A stretch of 39,558 bases of DNA from Mitosporidium daphniae (Eukaryota): the NCBI RefSeq assembly GCF_000760515.2, contig NW_013546400.1, forward strand, positions 62,001-101,558, given 5' to 3'. The position numbers and the translations under genes were made by a program. This document shows, one piece after another, positions 10,454 to 21,174 of this stretch; within the stretch, counting starts at the first letter, position 1; each line of letters starts with the position of its first letter. Under the pieces are notes generated by a model, which made no database searches, had not been told where the DNA came from, and saw only the letters and a program-made list of their open reading frames with translations.

Positions 10454-13400
10454 ATGCTTCGTCCCAAAAAGCCTCTTTCTTCACCTGGACAGCTACTAAC
10501 GAAGCAACCCGGCCTAGAAAAGGCTCGATCTTCAGGCGAAAATGATCTCGATAGAAATCTTTCCTTCATTAAGGTTTCCAAGAGAGGTTCTGTTGTCCCT
10601 GTTGTCAAAGAAACTTATTTTAGAAAAGCTACTTCATGTGGGGTTTCATCATGCAAAGCATGTGGCACAGATGGCCTTTTATCACACATTCCTCTTTTAA
10701 TTCCAGATACGAATATCTGCTTGCATGAGTTTGACCTTTTGGCGCATCGATCCGTTTCATCGGTCATCATTCTCCAAACCGTTCTAGATGAGGTTCACAA
10801 GCGAAATATTAACGTGTATGAAAATCTACGTGATATCATCCGTAAAGAGCCCAATAGATTTTTTGTTTTTACCAATGAAACTTTCCAAGATACCTTTGTC
10901 GAAAGGTTCGATGGCGAATCGTCTAATGATCGGAATGACAGAGCCATTCGAACAGCGGCGGCTTGGTATCAAAGCCATTTGCAAGCCGAAAAAATCTGCT
11001 CTTCACAAAGTGATATCGAAGAATCTTGGAGTTCGGATGCATCGCCCAATTTTTCTCCTGACAAGGCTGTTTGTAGGAAATTAATCCCTTCACGCGTGAT
11101 TCTTGTTACCAACGATGTCGCAAACAGAGAGGCAGCACTTTGCATGGGCATTGATGCCAAATCAGGTATGTGTATTTTGTTTTCTTTTTTAGCCCGCTCT
11201 TTTGTTTTACATTTGGCTACCGCCCACACGCCAGAAATCATTTCGGAGCTTCTTGATCTGCTACACGTTTCCGATGATACTCCATCTCCATTTGATTCGG
11301 ATGTGCTGTTTGATGCATATGTCGATACAGAGGTTCTCTCTCACAACATGAAAAGCAACCAATTCTATCGTGGAATGCTGAATATTTCGCCCTACAACAT
11401 CAACGAGGTTACGATTTTTCTTAATTTCTAGGGATCCATTGTAACTTGCATTGATGGAGTCTCAAGCTCCATCCTCATTGTTGGAAGTCAAAATTTGAAT
11501 CGAGCTATTAACGGAGATGTTGTTGCTGTGGAGTTGACGTCAGCGTCGGATGACATTTTCTTCGAGTATGTGACCATGGGCGATGATGATCCGCTTGCTC
11601 AAATGGAGGATGCAAGGGCGGCTTTAGGTGCTGTTCGCCGTTCACAGAAACTTTCTGAAAAGCTGAATCTTCGGTATGGACGTATAGTTGGCATTATGAG
11701 CCGGCCCAGACGCAGGTATTAAAAAGTTTCTTAGGCGATGTTTAGAATTTGTGGATCCTTTCTTCCGGCATCCACTACTCATGTCACTGCCTCTGATGCT
11801 GGAAATACCACGGGATGGTACATTTTCCGTCCAGTAGATCGACGATTTCCTTCGCTATATGTCCAATCTACCCGATCGCTCACATTTCTGCTTCCATATC
11901 GCATCCAGGTGGCTGTAGATGGATGGCCGGCTACCTCTCGGTTGCCCAGGGGGCACCTCATTTCAATCATAGGACTCTCTGGTGATGTCGATGTGGAAAC
12001 CCAAGTAATACTACTGGAAAATGAGGTTCCATTTGCGCCATTTTCAGAAAAGGTGCTTTCATGCCTGCCGGAGGCAACCTGCGGCAACGAAATTCCTGTA
12101 CAGTGCAATGAAATCGAAAGCGTTAGGCTAGATCTCAGGCACTTGCCCTGTGTCTGCTCAATTGATCCACCAGGGTGTACAGATATTGACGATGCTCTAC
12201 ATGCGACCATTTTAGATTCGGGGAGTATCCAGGTCGGTATCCACATTGCAGATGTCGGGCATTTTGTGCACCAAGGCAGTGCATTGGATATCGAGGCTGC
12301 AAACAGAGGCACCACGGTTTATCTTGTAGATAGGCGCATTGACATGCTTCCAGAACTCCTAGGATCAAGTGCCTTATTGGTTGAGATTAATATGTAGATC
12401 TTTGTTCCCTGATTGCCGGTGTAGATAGATACGCACTCTCCTGCATCATTGAGATGGACCTTGAGGCTCAGGTTAAAAAGGCCTCTTTCACCAAGTCGCT
12501 GATAAAAAGCGCTGCTTCTCTTACGTATTCCCAGGCCCAGGAGATTTTGGACGAAAAATGCGATGAAGATGGGATGTCTTTCCTGAAAAAGCCGGCCTCA
12601 ACATCGACATGCACACCTACTTTGGCGTGTTCTCCCTCTTTGGTGTTGAAAAATAGCATTCGGCTGCTCAATTTTCTCGCTCAGAGGCTACGATCAAGAC
12701 GCATGGAGGCCGGTGCGCTAACGCTTGCCTCCTCCGAAATTAGGTTTGAATTTGAAAGTGGCGAGCGCAAAGGAGCGGATCCCCTGGGAATTTCCTCAAA
12801 ATCAGTCACCCCTGCAAATGAGCTGGTGGAGGAGTTCATGTTGCTCGCTAATGTTGAAGCGGCCAAGCTGATATATTCTGCATTTCCCGATCAAGCGCTT
12901 CTTCGAAGACATCCGAGTCCTCCGGACAGCAATTTTGCCTGGCTTCTGTCTGCATTGAAAGCATGCAACTTGCCTCCTTTAGACATTTCGTCGTCAAAGC
13001 GGCTCGGCGAGACCCTGGATCTCTGTGATGCTGCTTTACTGGTTCATCTTGGACAGGGTTCAAATGCATGTTTGCCTCCAGAACCGAGCCCTATTTGCTG
13101 TTCAAATCAACAGACCAAGCTCCCACCAAAGTCTTCAAATCAACAGGTCAAGCTCCCACCAAAGCTTGATTCTCCCCTTCGGTTGATGGCGACGCGTGCC
13201 ATGATGCAGGCAGTCTATTTTTCCTCTGGAAGCGCACCATCTCCATCCGAGTTTTGGCATTATGGACTGGCGGCACCAATATATACCCACTTCACGTCTC
13301 CAATCCGACGGTATTCCGATGTGATCGTCCATCGCCTTATTAGCTTAGCCCTGTCACTGGAGGATACAAACTCGGGCACAAAGGCGCTTTCACGCGGCGA

Positions 13401-13878
13401 TTTGGAAAAAATATCTACCCTTCTCAATCATCGCCATCGACGGGCACAACTTGCATCCAGGGCAAGCACAGACCTCTTTACATCCCGGTTTTTGGAGCGG
13501 CCTGGCGAGACCGATAAGGTCCTTTTGGCAAATGTCGTTCGTGTTGCCCAAAATGGGCTTGTACTCCTGATACAGTCTTTTGGCATCGAGTGCTTCCTAA
13601 AATTTGCAATGCCACAGCCCCCTTCAGACGCGCTTCCCATATATGATGCGGAAATGATGGCATGGAAGCAGGCAGCCACCGGGCAGATTTTCGTTCAAAT
13701 TTTTGATTCCATCAACGTGCGGCTGCATGTTTACAAGTGTCCAAAAAACTGCACCACAAAGCTATTTGTGCAATGGGTTGATGTCCCCGACCCCATGAAT
13801 ATCCTTCTCCCGAAAGAATATCCCTTTTTGTCTGATTCCGCTTCGGGACATGCGAAGAAGCCGAAATTGATCGCATAA
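10454..13878 (+). CDS. DIS3: Exosome catalytic subunit Dis3/Rrp44 (PIN + RNB)
   Basis: PIN motifs PDTN, NDRNDRAIR and VTND. RNB motifs SIDPPGCTDIDDALH, VEEFMLLAN and HYGLAAPIYTHFTSPIRRYSD. Introns 11166-11192, 11408-11431, 11716-11745 and 12369-12397. Confidence 0.95.
13101..13164 (+). repeat. 33-nt in-frame tandem duplication inside the DIS3 RNB insertion
   Basis: ttcaaatcaacagaccaagctcccaccaaag / ttcaaatcaacaggtcaagctcccaccaaag, encoding SNQQTKLPPK-S-SNQQVKLPPK. Confidence 0.9.
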
Positions 13879-13914
13879 GTTTAGCAAATTGATCCGATAA
13901 GTTTAGTAAATTGA
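13864..13914 (+). repeat. 22-nt tandem repeat (about 2.3 copies) spanning the DIS3 stop codon
   Basis: aaattgatcgcataagtttagc / aaattgatccgataagtttagt / aaattga. Confidence 0.85.
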
Positions 13915-13947
13915 CAAATTTAATTGTTTGTAATAATGGTCGACTCC

Positions 13948-15315
13948 CTAACTGGTGTCTACGACTGCTTCCTCGTTGTAGGAGAAATATTTTGGAATCA
14001 AGAGACCCCGGACGATGGCCATGTTCAGCATGATCAAAACCGAAAAAAAGAATACTTTTGTCCAACGATGCGTCCAGAAAATAATACACACTTTGATAAA
14101 GACAACGAAAAACAATCCACCATATTTAACAGCAGTCAACATCCTGATGGAAGCGATCCTATCACAGCCGCACAGCTTCATGGGACTGTTTTCGGCGGCT
14201 TTTTTTAATGGATCTCTGATGGATTTCCAAAAACACCGTGAAATCAAGGAAGTAAAAGGCCAAACAAAAATCGTTCCCAGGTTGAGCAATTTTCCCAAAA
14301 ATGTCAGCTTCATAACAGAAGGTTTAATGCGCGACTTTGAAGTACCCTTTTCTCCATCTTGACTTTTTTGAGAAAATGCACATACCTTATTAGGAATCTC
14401 AAATGGATGAATGATATCGTATTGAGAATTTTCAGTAAAAAGGTTCTCGCACGCACTCCGCACTTTTTCCATGATTTGATCAGCTTTAACAGGCGATTCA
14501 AAGGGGATTCTAGCTCCAATAACTATATTCACGTTTATCGGATATGCATACGCACACTCATAGTTAAGGAGTATTGGAACTACTGATGCCTTTCTAAACC
14601 ATTTATCTTGGAAAAACTGTTCGATTATGCTAGCAAATCCAGGTTTAAATTCTTGCAATTGATCGTTATCATGGGAGCCTCCTTCTGGAAAAATTATAAT
14701 AGAGCCTCCAGACTCTAAAACTTTCTTGCTCTTTTTTTTGAAAGCTTCATTATTGTATTTTTCGATCAGATAATATTTTTCTTTTTTCAGGCTTATTGGG
14801 GTTGTCTCATTTGTAGAATTAAAACACTCTTGATTTTGCTTATTTTTAAAGAAATATTTCCTTCCATCGAGATCTAATACTGCCATAAAGCTATCAGCAT
14901 TTTGAATATTATGAGAGCATATAATATTGTCCTTAGTTACTTCTATCTCAATATCACAAGTTCCTTTGTAACGATGGTCATCAAGTCTCTCGGCAGAAAT
15001 TGATCCTGTAAGGAAACTACATATTTTCAAAATGATGTTATTTCGAGAGCTTTCTGCTATCACTGGATTCGGATATATTCCTTTTTTATAGAAAAAATCC
15101 AACAAAACAATTGCATCCATAAACTGGTTGGAATGAGGAAATACCACATACACTGTCGGAGATGTTTCCTCGCATTTTTCATCCCCAATTATGCTCGAAA
15201 TAGTTTGGGTTTTATCAATAACAACAATATTCCGAAAATTGAGGAATGCCGTGACAGAAAAAAGACAGAAAATAAACAGTTTCCGGATCCATGTAAAATA
15301 GTTTTGAAGGATCAT
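13948..15315 (-). CDS. Glycerol-3-phosphate/DHAP acyltransferase, Sct1/Gpt2-like
   Basis: HxxxxD motif PHSNQFMD, IFPEGGSHD and FKPG, with C-terminal hydrophobic segments. Intronless and AT-rich. Confidence 0.8.
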   Translation of the reverse strand: MILQNYFTWIRKLFIFCLFSVTAFLNFRNIVVIDKTQTISSIIGDEKCEETSPTVYVVFPHSNQFMDAIVLLDFFYKKGIYPNPVIAESSRNNIILKICSFLTGSISAERLDDHRYKGTCDIEIEVTKDNIICSHNIQNADSFMAVLDLDGRKYFFKNKQNQECFNSTNETTPISLKKEKYYLIEKYNNEAFKKKSKKVLESGGSIIIFPEGGSHDNDQLQEFKPGFASIIEQFFQDKWFRKASVVPILLNYECAYAYPINVNIVIGARIPFESPVKADQIMEKVRSACENLFTENSQYDIIHPFEIPNKVCAFSQKSQDGEKGTSKSRIKPSVMKLTFLGKLLNLGTIFVWPFTSLISRCFWKSIRDPLKKAAENSPMKLCGCDRIASIRMLTAVKYGGLFFVVFIKVCIIFWTHRWTKVFFFSVLIMLNMAIVRGLLIPKYFSYNEEAVVDTS

Positions 15316-15434
15316 CGAGGCTTAAAAAACACTGCCCGCTAAATGAGCTATGGACTAACATGTGAGGGTCAGGTGATCGCCAATTAATAATATTAAACCC
15401 AAAAGAAGATGTACACGTTATTTGATAGCAAAAG

Positions 15435-15506
15435 CTCTCTTTCAGAGAATTGAACCCCGGTCACCCGCGTGACAGGCAGATATACTAACCACCATACTAA
15501 CAAAGA
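15435..15506 (-). tRNA. tRNA-Asp(GTC), degenerate / possible pseudogene
   Basis: Reverse complement TCTTTGTTAGTATGGTGGTTAGTATATCTGCCTGTCACGCGGGTGACCGGGGTTCAATTCTCTGAAAGAGAG. It forms a 72-nt cloverleaf with anticodon loop CTGTCAC and discriminator G, but has many G-U pairs and one acceptor-stem mismatch. Confidence 0.8.
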
Positions 15507-15608
15507 TGTATTGACATCCGATTTTAAATAATTAATATCTGTAATGTTTGGGTAAGCGAGAATGTAAATTGTTTAACCTGTTAGGGCTAGGTTTTTTGTA
15601 TGTCAAAT

Positions 15609-17469
15609 TTATTCGATCCATTGAAGCGGAGCAAGTAGCCTTCTTCCGTGAGCACATACAAAGGGAAACGAGCAATTGGCCAATTTTTCAAGCATCATAC
15701 CCATTTGTCGTAATGATAGTCTATCTCCGAATTTAACAGCACCTAAAATGGTAAGCTTAGACGTCTACCATGGCAAGCAGTGCTCTTCATAGCATTGTAC
15801 AATGAAGTTGGAATGTGTTGAAATGCATATTGCTCGCTTGAGATATCAGCTATTATTGCGCGGATAAGCTTAAGGATCGATTCATGTGACTGAGCAACAA
15901 GAAAGGAGGGGATGGAGGCAAGTGATACCTCGACGTTTGGATATGAATTCTTCAAAACAGACCTGAACCCATAGCCCTCCAAAGATGTCAGCATGCAGCT
16001 TAACGAAGCGTGGGTGGCATGATACTGACAACTATAATCCAGCGGCGTTTCAAATGCAGCCTGCTCATTACTAGTTAGTATCTTTTCAAGACGAATTCTT
16101 TCATCCACAGCATGCTGGTCAAAAGCTATCAATATCCTTCGAGTCGAGATATTTGCAATTCCCAAAATGACCTGATGAAGGCCATCTTGTCCTACAATTG
16201 TGACATCGGAAATCAAAGAGGAGGAAATGAAAACACCGTTGGAGAGAGAAGGGAGGGGCAATATTTGGATATCACGAAGGGTATCATCAATTTCCTCATC
16301 AATGCTATCTTTGACGAGCTCTTCTTTGTACGCATCAATAAGATAGCGTTGAATAGACGTCAGCAACTACACTCACAAATAAATGCTTACATCTGGCGGG
16401 GCTTTTGATACTTCCAAGAGGTCGCTTTTAGAGACATTTAAGCCGATTTGATCGATAACCAAGAAAAAGTCGTAGCATCTATTTTTTATAGAGTGGGCTG
16501 AAGTGATGACGGATGGGACCGGGTATCTCAGCTTTTGCAACAGTTGATTGAGAAGAAAAAGCAATTTAAATGGGGAGCTCAAAGTTGAAGTGAACATCTT
16601 TTTTTGGTGCCCTATCAAGTTGGTACAAAACCTTAACTGCATGATCTAATGGGCGAAAAAGAGCTCGTGTTTGCAGAAACAATGCCTTTGAGGGAGAAAA
16701 AATTTGGAAATGAAATATCTATGCATGCAAATAGACCAGGATCGATAAGCGGATTTTTCCATAAAAAAGAGAGCCCAGAAAGTCTTAAATAAAACGCCGC
16801 ATAGAGCGCAAGAAGTGATTCTTCTTTGCAAGAATCTCTCTTAAAAGTGAAGAATGTTGTTGAATCAAGTTGACCATGAATATGGAAACGACATTCGCTA
16901 AAAAGAGCAACATATGCAGATAGAATAAATACCAAATCAACAAATAGAGACTGTTTGTTAATGGCAGCGAATCGCTTTCTTGCATATTGGCACTCAAATA
17001 TCCTATCAATTGTGACAATAGATAGGGGCAGACGGTTGATCCATTCAATGAGCTTTGTCTGACCTGCGTTTGGCCATCCCACACACTTCAACACAGAGTT
17101 TTTCTAAAAACAGCTAGAGGGACCAATGCAATACATGGAAAGTGCTTTTGTCCCAGACGCACCCATCGACTGTTGCCAACAAATTGATGCGGCAAGCAAA
17201 CGAAACAAGCGTGTCTACAAACAATAAAGCCCAATTATAGGAGACCATTAAGCGTAATATCTTTGCTATCAACAAGAAATTGGAATTCCTCTTTTTGAAG
17301 ATCGAAATGGAGAGAGAGAGACGTAGACCCCACATTGATGCCTATAAATCAGCGGAAAATCCCAACAATGCTGCAGTATAAATGAAACAATGGCTTGAAC
17401 GGATGGAAATTTGCACAAAGCCTGGAGGGACAAGGAAGAAAACAGGTCAAGACGCTGCATTGCCATCAT
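15609..17469 (-). CDS. MLH3: MutL homolog MLH3 (intact endonuclease motifs, degenerate GHKL ATPase)
   Basis: DQHAVDERIRLE, STACHG|AVKFGD and FPFVCAHGR are MLH3-type C-terminal motifs. Introns 17342-17366, 17215-17245, 17104-17134, 16646-16680, 16367-16390 and 15743-15768. The N-terminal boundaries are less certain. Confidence 0.85.
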
Positions 17470-17536
17470 TTTGTGCGTCAATGCATCCAATATTCAACGC
17501 TTGCATTGTGAAAATGCCAATTTTTTATTTTTAAAA

Positions 17537-18304
17537 ATGTTCGCATGGACACATGTAAAGAGGCTCTCCGTTCGTCTGTCAAGGGAGGTTCGCCATTTCT
17601 CATCGCCATATGCAGCATCGGGGCAAAGATTGCCAGAATATTTTACAGAGGAAATCATTGCGCCTCATCTTAGCTATGATTTTCTGATCAGCAAGGTGCG
17701 TTCAGACTTTGTCTCCCAGATGCGCGTCATCAAAGTCCGCCTGTTGAAATGCCAGACGGGCATCGAAAAACGTCGCCAATATAGCGTGGCTCTGGCTGTT
17801 GGAAACGGAAAAGGCGGTCTTGGCTATGCTCTTGGGAAGGACAGATCTCCGGTCGATGCTATGCAAAAGGCCACTAAGGCCGCAGAACGGGCCATGACCC
17901 ACTACGAAATGTATGCAGATCGGACCTTATTCCACGAAGATACCATCAAGTATAGAGACACCACGATCATTGTCCGGCCAATGCCTCCCGACTCTGGTGT
18001 AAGAGCACATTGGGCCATTCAAGAGCTCTGCCGATGCCTGGGCTTGAAAGACCTTTCTGCAAAGGTGTATGGATCAAGAACGGCCATCAATGTGGCAAAT
18101 GGCTTTCTGCTTGCACTTTCGCGGCAAAAGACGCCGGAAATGATAGCGCGCGACTCGGGAATGAAGGTTGAAAACGTGCTCAAAATATTCAACTCCGGAG
18201 CAAAGTTTGTCGAGTGCTCCAAACTTCTGTCGCGTCGCCATATTGATGGAGCAAGGACGATTAGAAACCAGGTCCCTATTGAACAGCTGGATACCTCTTC
18301 GTAA
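17537..18304 (+). CDS. MRPS5: Mitochondrial ribosomal protein uS5m
   Basis: R/S-rich presequence-like N-terminus. S5 motifs VAVGNGKGGLGYALGK-like, KATKAAER, GVRAHWAIQELCRCLGLKDLSAKVYGSR. Confidence 0.88.
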   Translation: MFAWTHVKRLSVRLSREVRHFSSPYAASGQRLPEYFTEEIIAPHLSYDFLISKVRSDFVSQMRVIKVRLLKCQTGIEKRRQYSVALAVGNGKGGLGYALGKDRSPVDAMQKATKAAERAMTHYEMYADRTLFHEDTIKYRDTTIIVRPMPPDSGVRAHWAIQELCRCLGLKDLSAKVYGSRTAINVANGFLLALSRQKTPEMIARDSGMKVENVLKIFNSGAKFVECSKLLSRRHIDGARTIRNQVPIEQLDTSS

Positions 18305-18567
18305 TTTTATTTAATGAAACTTTAAATAAAATTTTTAATAGACAAGCCATCACCAGGTTGAGTTTAAAAGCCCGATTGTCAATTAGTTGCCGATTGGTCA
18401 ACAAGCCCGAGTGTTTTTTCCTATACGACCGAGCCAAATATTGATAAACATTTAATGAAAAACAAAATATTATGTAACTATCTAATTGGAAGTTAGTTGC
18501 TATCCTTGTTCAAAGACGACCACTCCGCCCAAGTCTTATATGGCCCGTGTGAAAAGCTCAAATAATC

Positions 18568-19797
18568 ATGTTCTTCCCAATCCTGGGTCTGGCTCTGGTC
18601 CTTCTCTTCGAGTTTGCCAATTCGAATAATCTGCAAGGTAGAAAGCTTGAAGAACTCTTTTTCAAAATTTTGCAACAACAGCCAAGAATCCCATATATTC
18701 CCGAAAGGGTGGGCTACATACCTTCTGTAGATACACAAGGATATTATGGACAAGGACCGTTTCAGAAAACAAACGATCATATTTACAAATGTGTCAACCC
18801 GGGCAGTGTTGCACTCACTTTTGACGACGGTCCCTCTTCATTTACAGAAGCCTATTTAGATCTTTTGAAAACTCGAAATGTAAAGGGAACTTTCTTTGTC
18901 ATTGGGATTAACATCAGATCCTCATACGAAAGCCATCTGTTAAAAAGGATGATCTCAGAAGGCCATACTGTGGGATCACATTCCTGGTCTCACCCTTCGC
19001 TTCCAAGCCTCTCAAAAGGAGAGATTCTCAAAGAAATCGTCAGGACAGAGAAGGCGATATACTCGAGTATTGGAAAAGTCCCGGCACTCTTCCGGCCGCC
19101 ATATGGTGAGTATGACGAAAGGGTCAACCACATTTTAAAAAAAAGGGGCTACAAGTCGATCCTGTGGAATCTCGACACAAAAGATTGGTCGGTTAGGTTC
19201 TATGACCCATCTTTGATTTTGAGCGAATATAAGAATGTATTAAGCCAAGCAGATCCACACTCTACATCATGGATTGCTCTCCAACATGACTCCTATGATG
19301 CTTCCTTGAGATATTTGCGAAGAATCATTAGAAACATCAGGAAAAATGGATTTAGAGTTGTCGATATGGCCGAATGCCTCGGAGTAGATCCATCTTCCTT
19401 ATATCATGACTACTGGGATAACTACCCAAATTCTGAAATGTATTTCAATAACAAAGATGTGGAAATGCAGAGCTTTGATCAAAAAAAAATCAATCGAGAT
19501 CCTCATTTCAACATTGGATATCCTCATTTGGACACTGGATATTCTCCTCAGCTACAAGCAAACAGAAAAAAACGCAGTATAGGCAATTCTTCCAAGAAAA
19601 TCTCCAGCCAGTTAGACAGCCTCTCGAAGCATTCTATTCACAGCAAGGAACAAGACACCGATCCAGAATCAAAGTCAAAGAAAGTAAACCATATTGGTTT
19701 GGAACACAAAAATATGGGGTTCGAACCGATTAATGGGAATTATTCGACTCAAATAAAAAAGGAAGTAGTCACGCTGAATTCGTTCTCAAGAAAGTGA
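18568..19797 (+). CDS. Secreted chitin/polysaccharide deacetylase (CE4, NodB domain)
   Basis: Signal peptide MFFPILGLALVLLF. All five CE4 motifs are present: TFDDGP, HSWSH, RPPYG, DTKDW and LQHD. Confidence 0.93.
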   Translation: MFFPILGLALVLLFEFANSNNLQGRKLEELFFKILQQQPRIPYIPERVGYIPSVDTQGYYGQGPFQKTNDHIYKCVNPGSVALTFDDGPSSFTEAYLDLLKTRNVKGTFFVIGINIRSSYESHLLKRMISEGHTVGSHSWSHPSLPSLSKGEILKEIVRTEKAIYSSIGKVPALFRPPYGEYDERVNHILKKRGYKSILWNLDTKDWSVRFYDPSLILSEYKNVLSQADPHSTSWIALQHDSYDASLRYLRRIIRNIRKNGFRVVDMAECLGVDPSSLYHDYWDNYPNSEMYFNNKDVEMQSFDQKKINRDPHFNIGYPHLDTGYSPQLQANRKKRSIGNSSKKISSQLDSLSKHSIHSKEQDTDPESKSKKVNHIGLEHKNMGFEPINGNYSTQIKKEVVTLNSFSRK

Positions 19798-19940
19798 CGA
19801 CGGCATCAGACAGCATTCGATTCTGAGTTTCCTTCCAAAAGTTACACTTGATGCTTTCAAAATAGCTTGGCAAATAAATTTTTTACGAATTTTTGGAAAT
19901 ACCACATCCCGATCGTCCCTAATCCGTGGGATTTTAAAAG

Positions 19941-20826
19941 ATGTCAATTTCCTGGGAGAACGCTTGGGCCACCATTCTTAGCTACAGAGCAGATCACCCT
20001 GCGCCCGTCGACCAGATGGGCTGCAATTCGTGTGCTTTATCAACGGACTCGCCCAACGTAGATGCTTTGGCAATTTAGAATTTAGGCAAGGCGGTTTTCC
20101 ATTCTAGTTGCGTTGCTTTTTTCTTCGCAAACCAAAGACCCACTTACCTATTCAGTTGTTGGGCGGCTGAGGGCTTTTCTTCAGCCTGAAGATTTTTCCC
20201 CAATCTCCATTCTGGCTAGCTTTGATATCAATGACGAGCATTCTACTCAATCCCTGGAGAGCCTTTTAAAACCCATTTCGTTTTTTAAGACAAAGGCCAG
20301 GTATGTCTTTTTCACTTTTTTAAGAAATCTTCTCAAAATATCGGCCATTTTGGTGGACAAATATAATGCCGATGTTCCTGACTGCCTCGATGATGTATGC
20401 TCGAATTCCTGACTCTCTAGTTACTAGATCTACCAGGAATCGGAATGAAAATGGTACGTAAATTATGAGCATATACCAAAACATAGGCATTATTGTGCCT
20501 GCAGCACGCCTGGGGAAAGTTTGAACATTGTACCTTGCTGTTTGTAGGACGCTTGGCATATCTGTAGATACCCACATCCATCGGATTTCGAACCGGTTGA
20601 AATGGGTCTCCACAAAATCGCCCGAAGAGACGCGAAAGGTAAAAACGGGCGTTTAAACTTGCCTGCCTTAAAGAAATTAGAAGACCTCATTCCACATGAA
20701 ACATGGCCAAAAGTCAACGCCACACTGGTAGGCTTTGGCCAGACCGTATGCTCGGCCATCAAGCCAAAGTGCACTGAGTGCCCTATAAGCTCGCTATGCC
20801 CCTACTACTTTGAAAGACTATTTTAA
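19941..20826 (+). CDS. NTH1: Endonuclease III homolog (HhH-GPD, 4Fe-4S)
   Basis: [35 protein letters not shown] and [23 protein letters not shown]. Introns 20058-20085, 20301-20324, 20395-20420, 20454-20486, 20519-20547 and 20639-20673. Confidence 0.95.
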
Positions 20827-20851
20827 TAAATTTTTAAATTATTGTGAGATG

Positions 20852-21037
20852 AAACCAGTAGGAACGTGTTCAATCCATGCCTTACGGCGCATTCATCAAT
20901 GACCAAGAACTAGTTCAAGATCTGCTTCACGCTCAGGAAAGAACACCGTGCTTCGTCATCCTGGTTTGGTATGCGCCTTGTTTGAAGAACGAAGACGGGA
21001 CATATACTATACAAATGATCCTGTAAAGTACAGTCGT
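20852..21037 (-). ncRNA. U3 snoRNA (compact, about 186 nt)
   Basis: The reverse complement begins ACGACTGTACTTTACAGGATCATTTGTATAG (GAC, A' and A boxes). It then has AAACCAG-GATGA (C'), GAGCGTGAAGC (box B), TGATGA (box C) and a terminal CTGGTTT that pairs with AAACCAG. TATAAA lies about 25-30 nt upstream. Confidence 0.9.
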
Positions 21038-21174
21038 AATCTTCAAAAAAAAGAATGAAATTTATATGTTAAGCAGAAAATTTTCACTTGTGGGATGCAT
21101 TTATTTCATTAAATTCAACACTGCCTTGATGGCACAAATTGAAGTTTCAGTCTTCTAAATTTTTGGCGTGACAG

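Noticed and set aside
11716..11745. DIS3 intron with an internal TAG|GC as another stacked intron
   Set aside because: The sub-units would be 19 and 11 nt, below the observed size range. A single 30-nt intron suffices.
13948..15315. Possible horizontal origin of the intronless, AT-rich acyltransferase next to a tRNA
   Set aside because: Its motifs match the fungal Sct1/Gpt2 family, other genes here are also intronless, and there are no integration signatures.
21085..21096. ATCCCACAAG upstream of U3 resembling the plant snRNA USE element
   Set aside because: It is a single partial match, the spacing to TATA is not clearly plant-like, and there is no second snRNA promoter here to compare.
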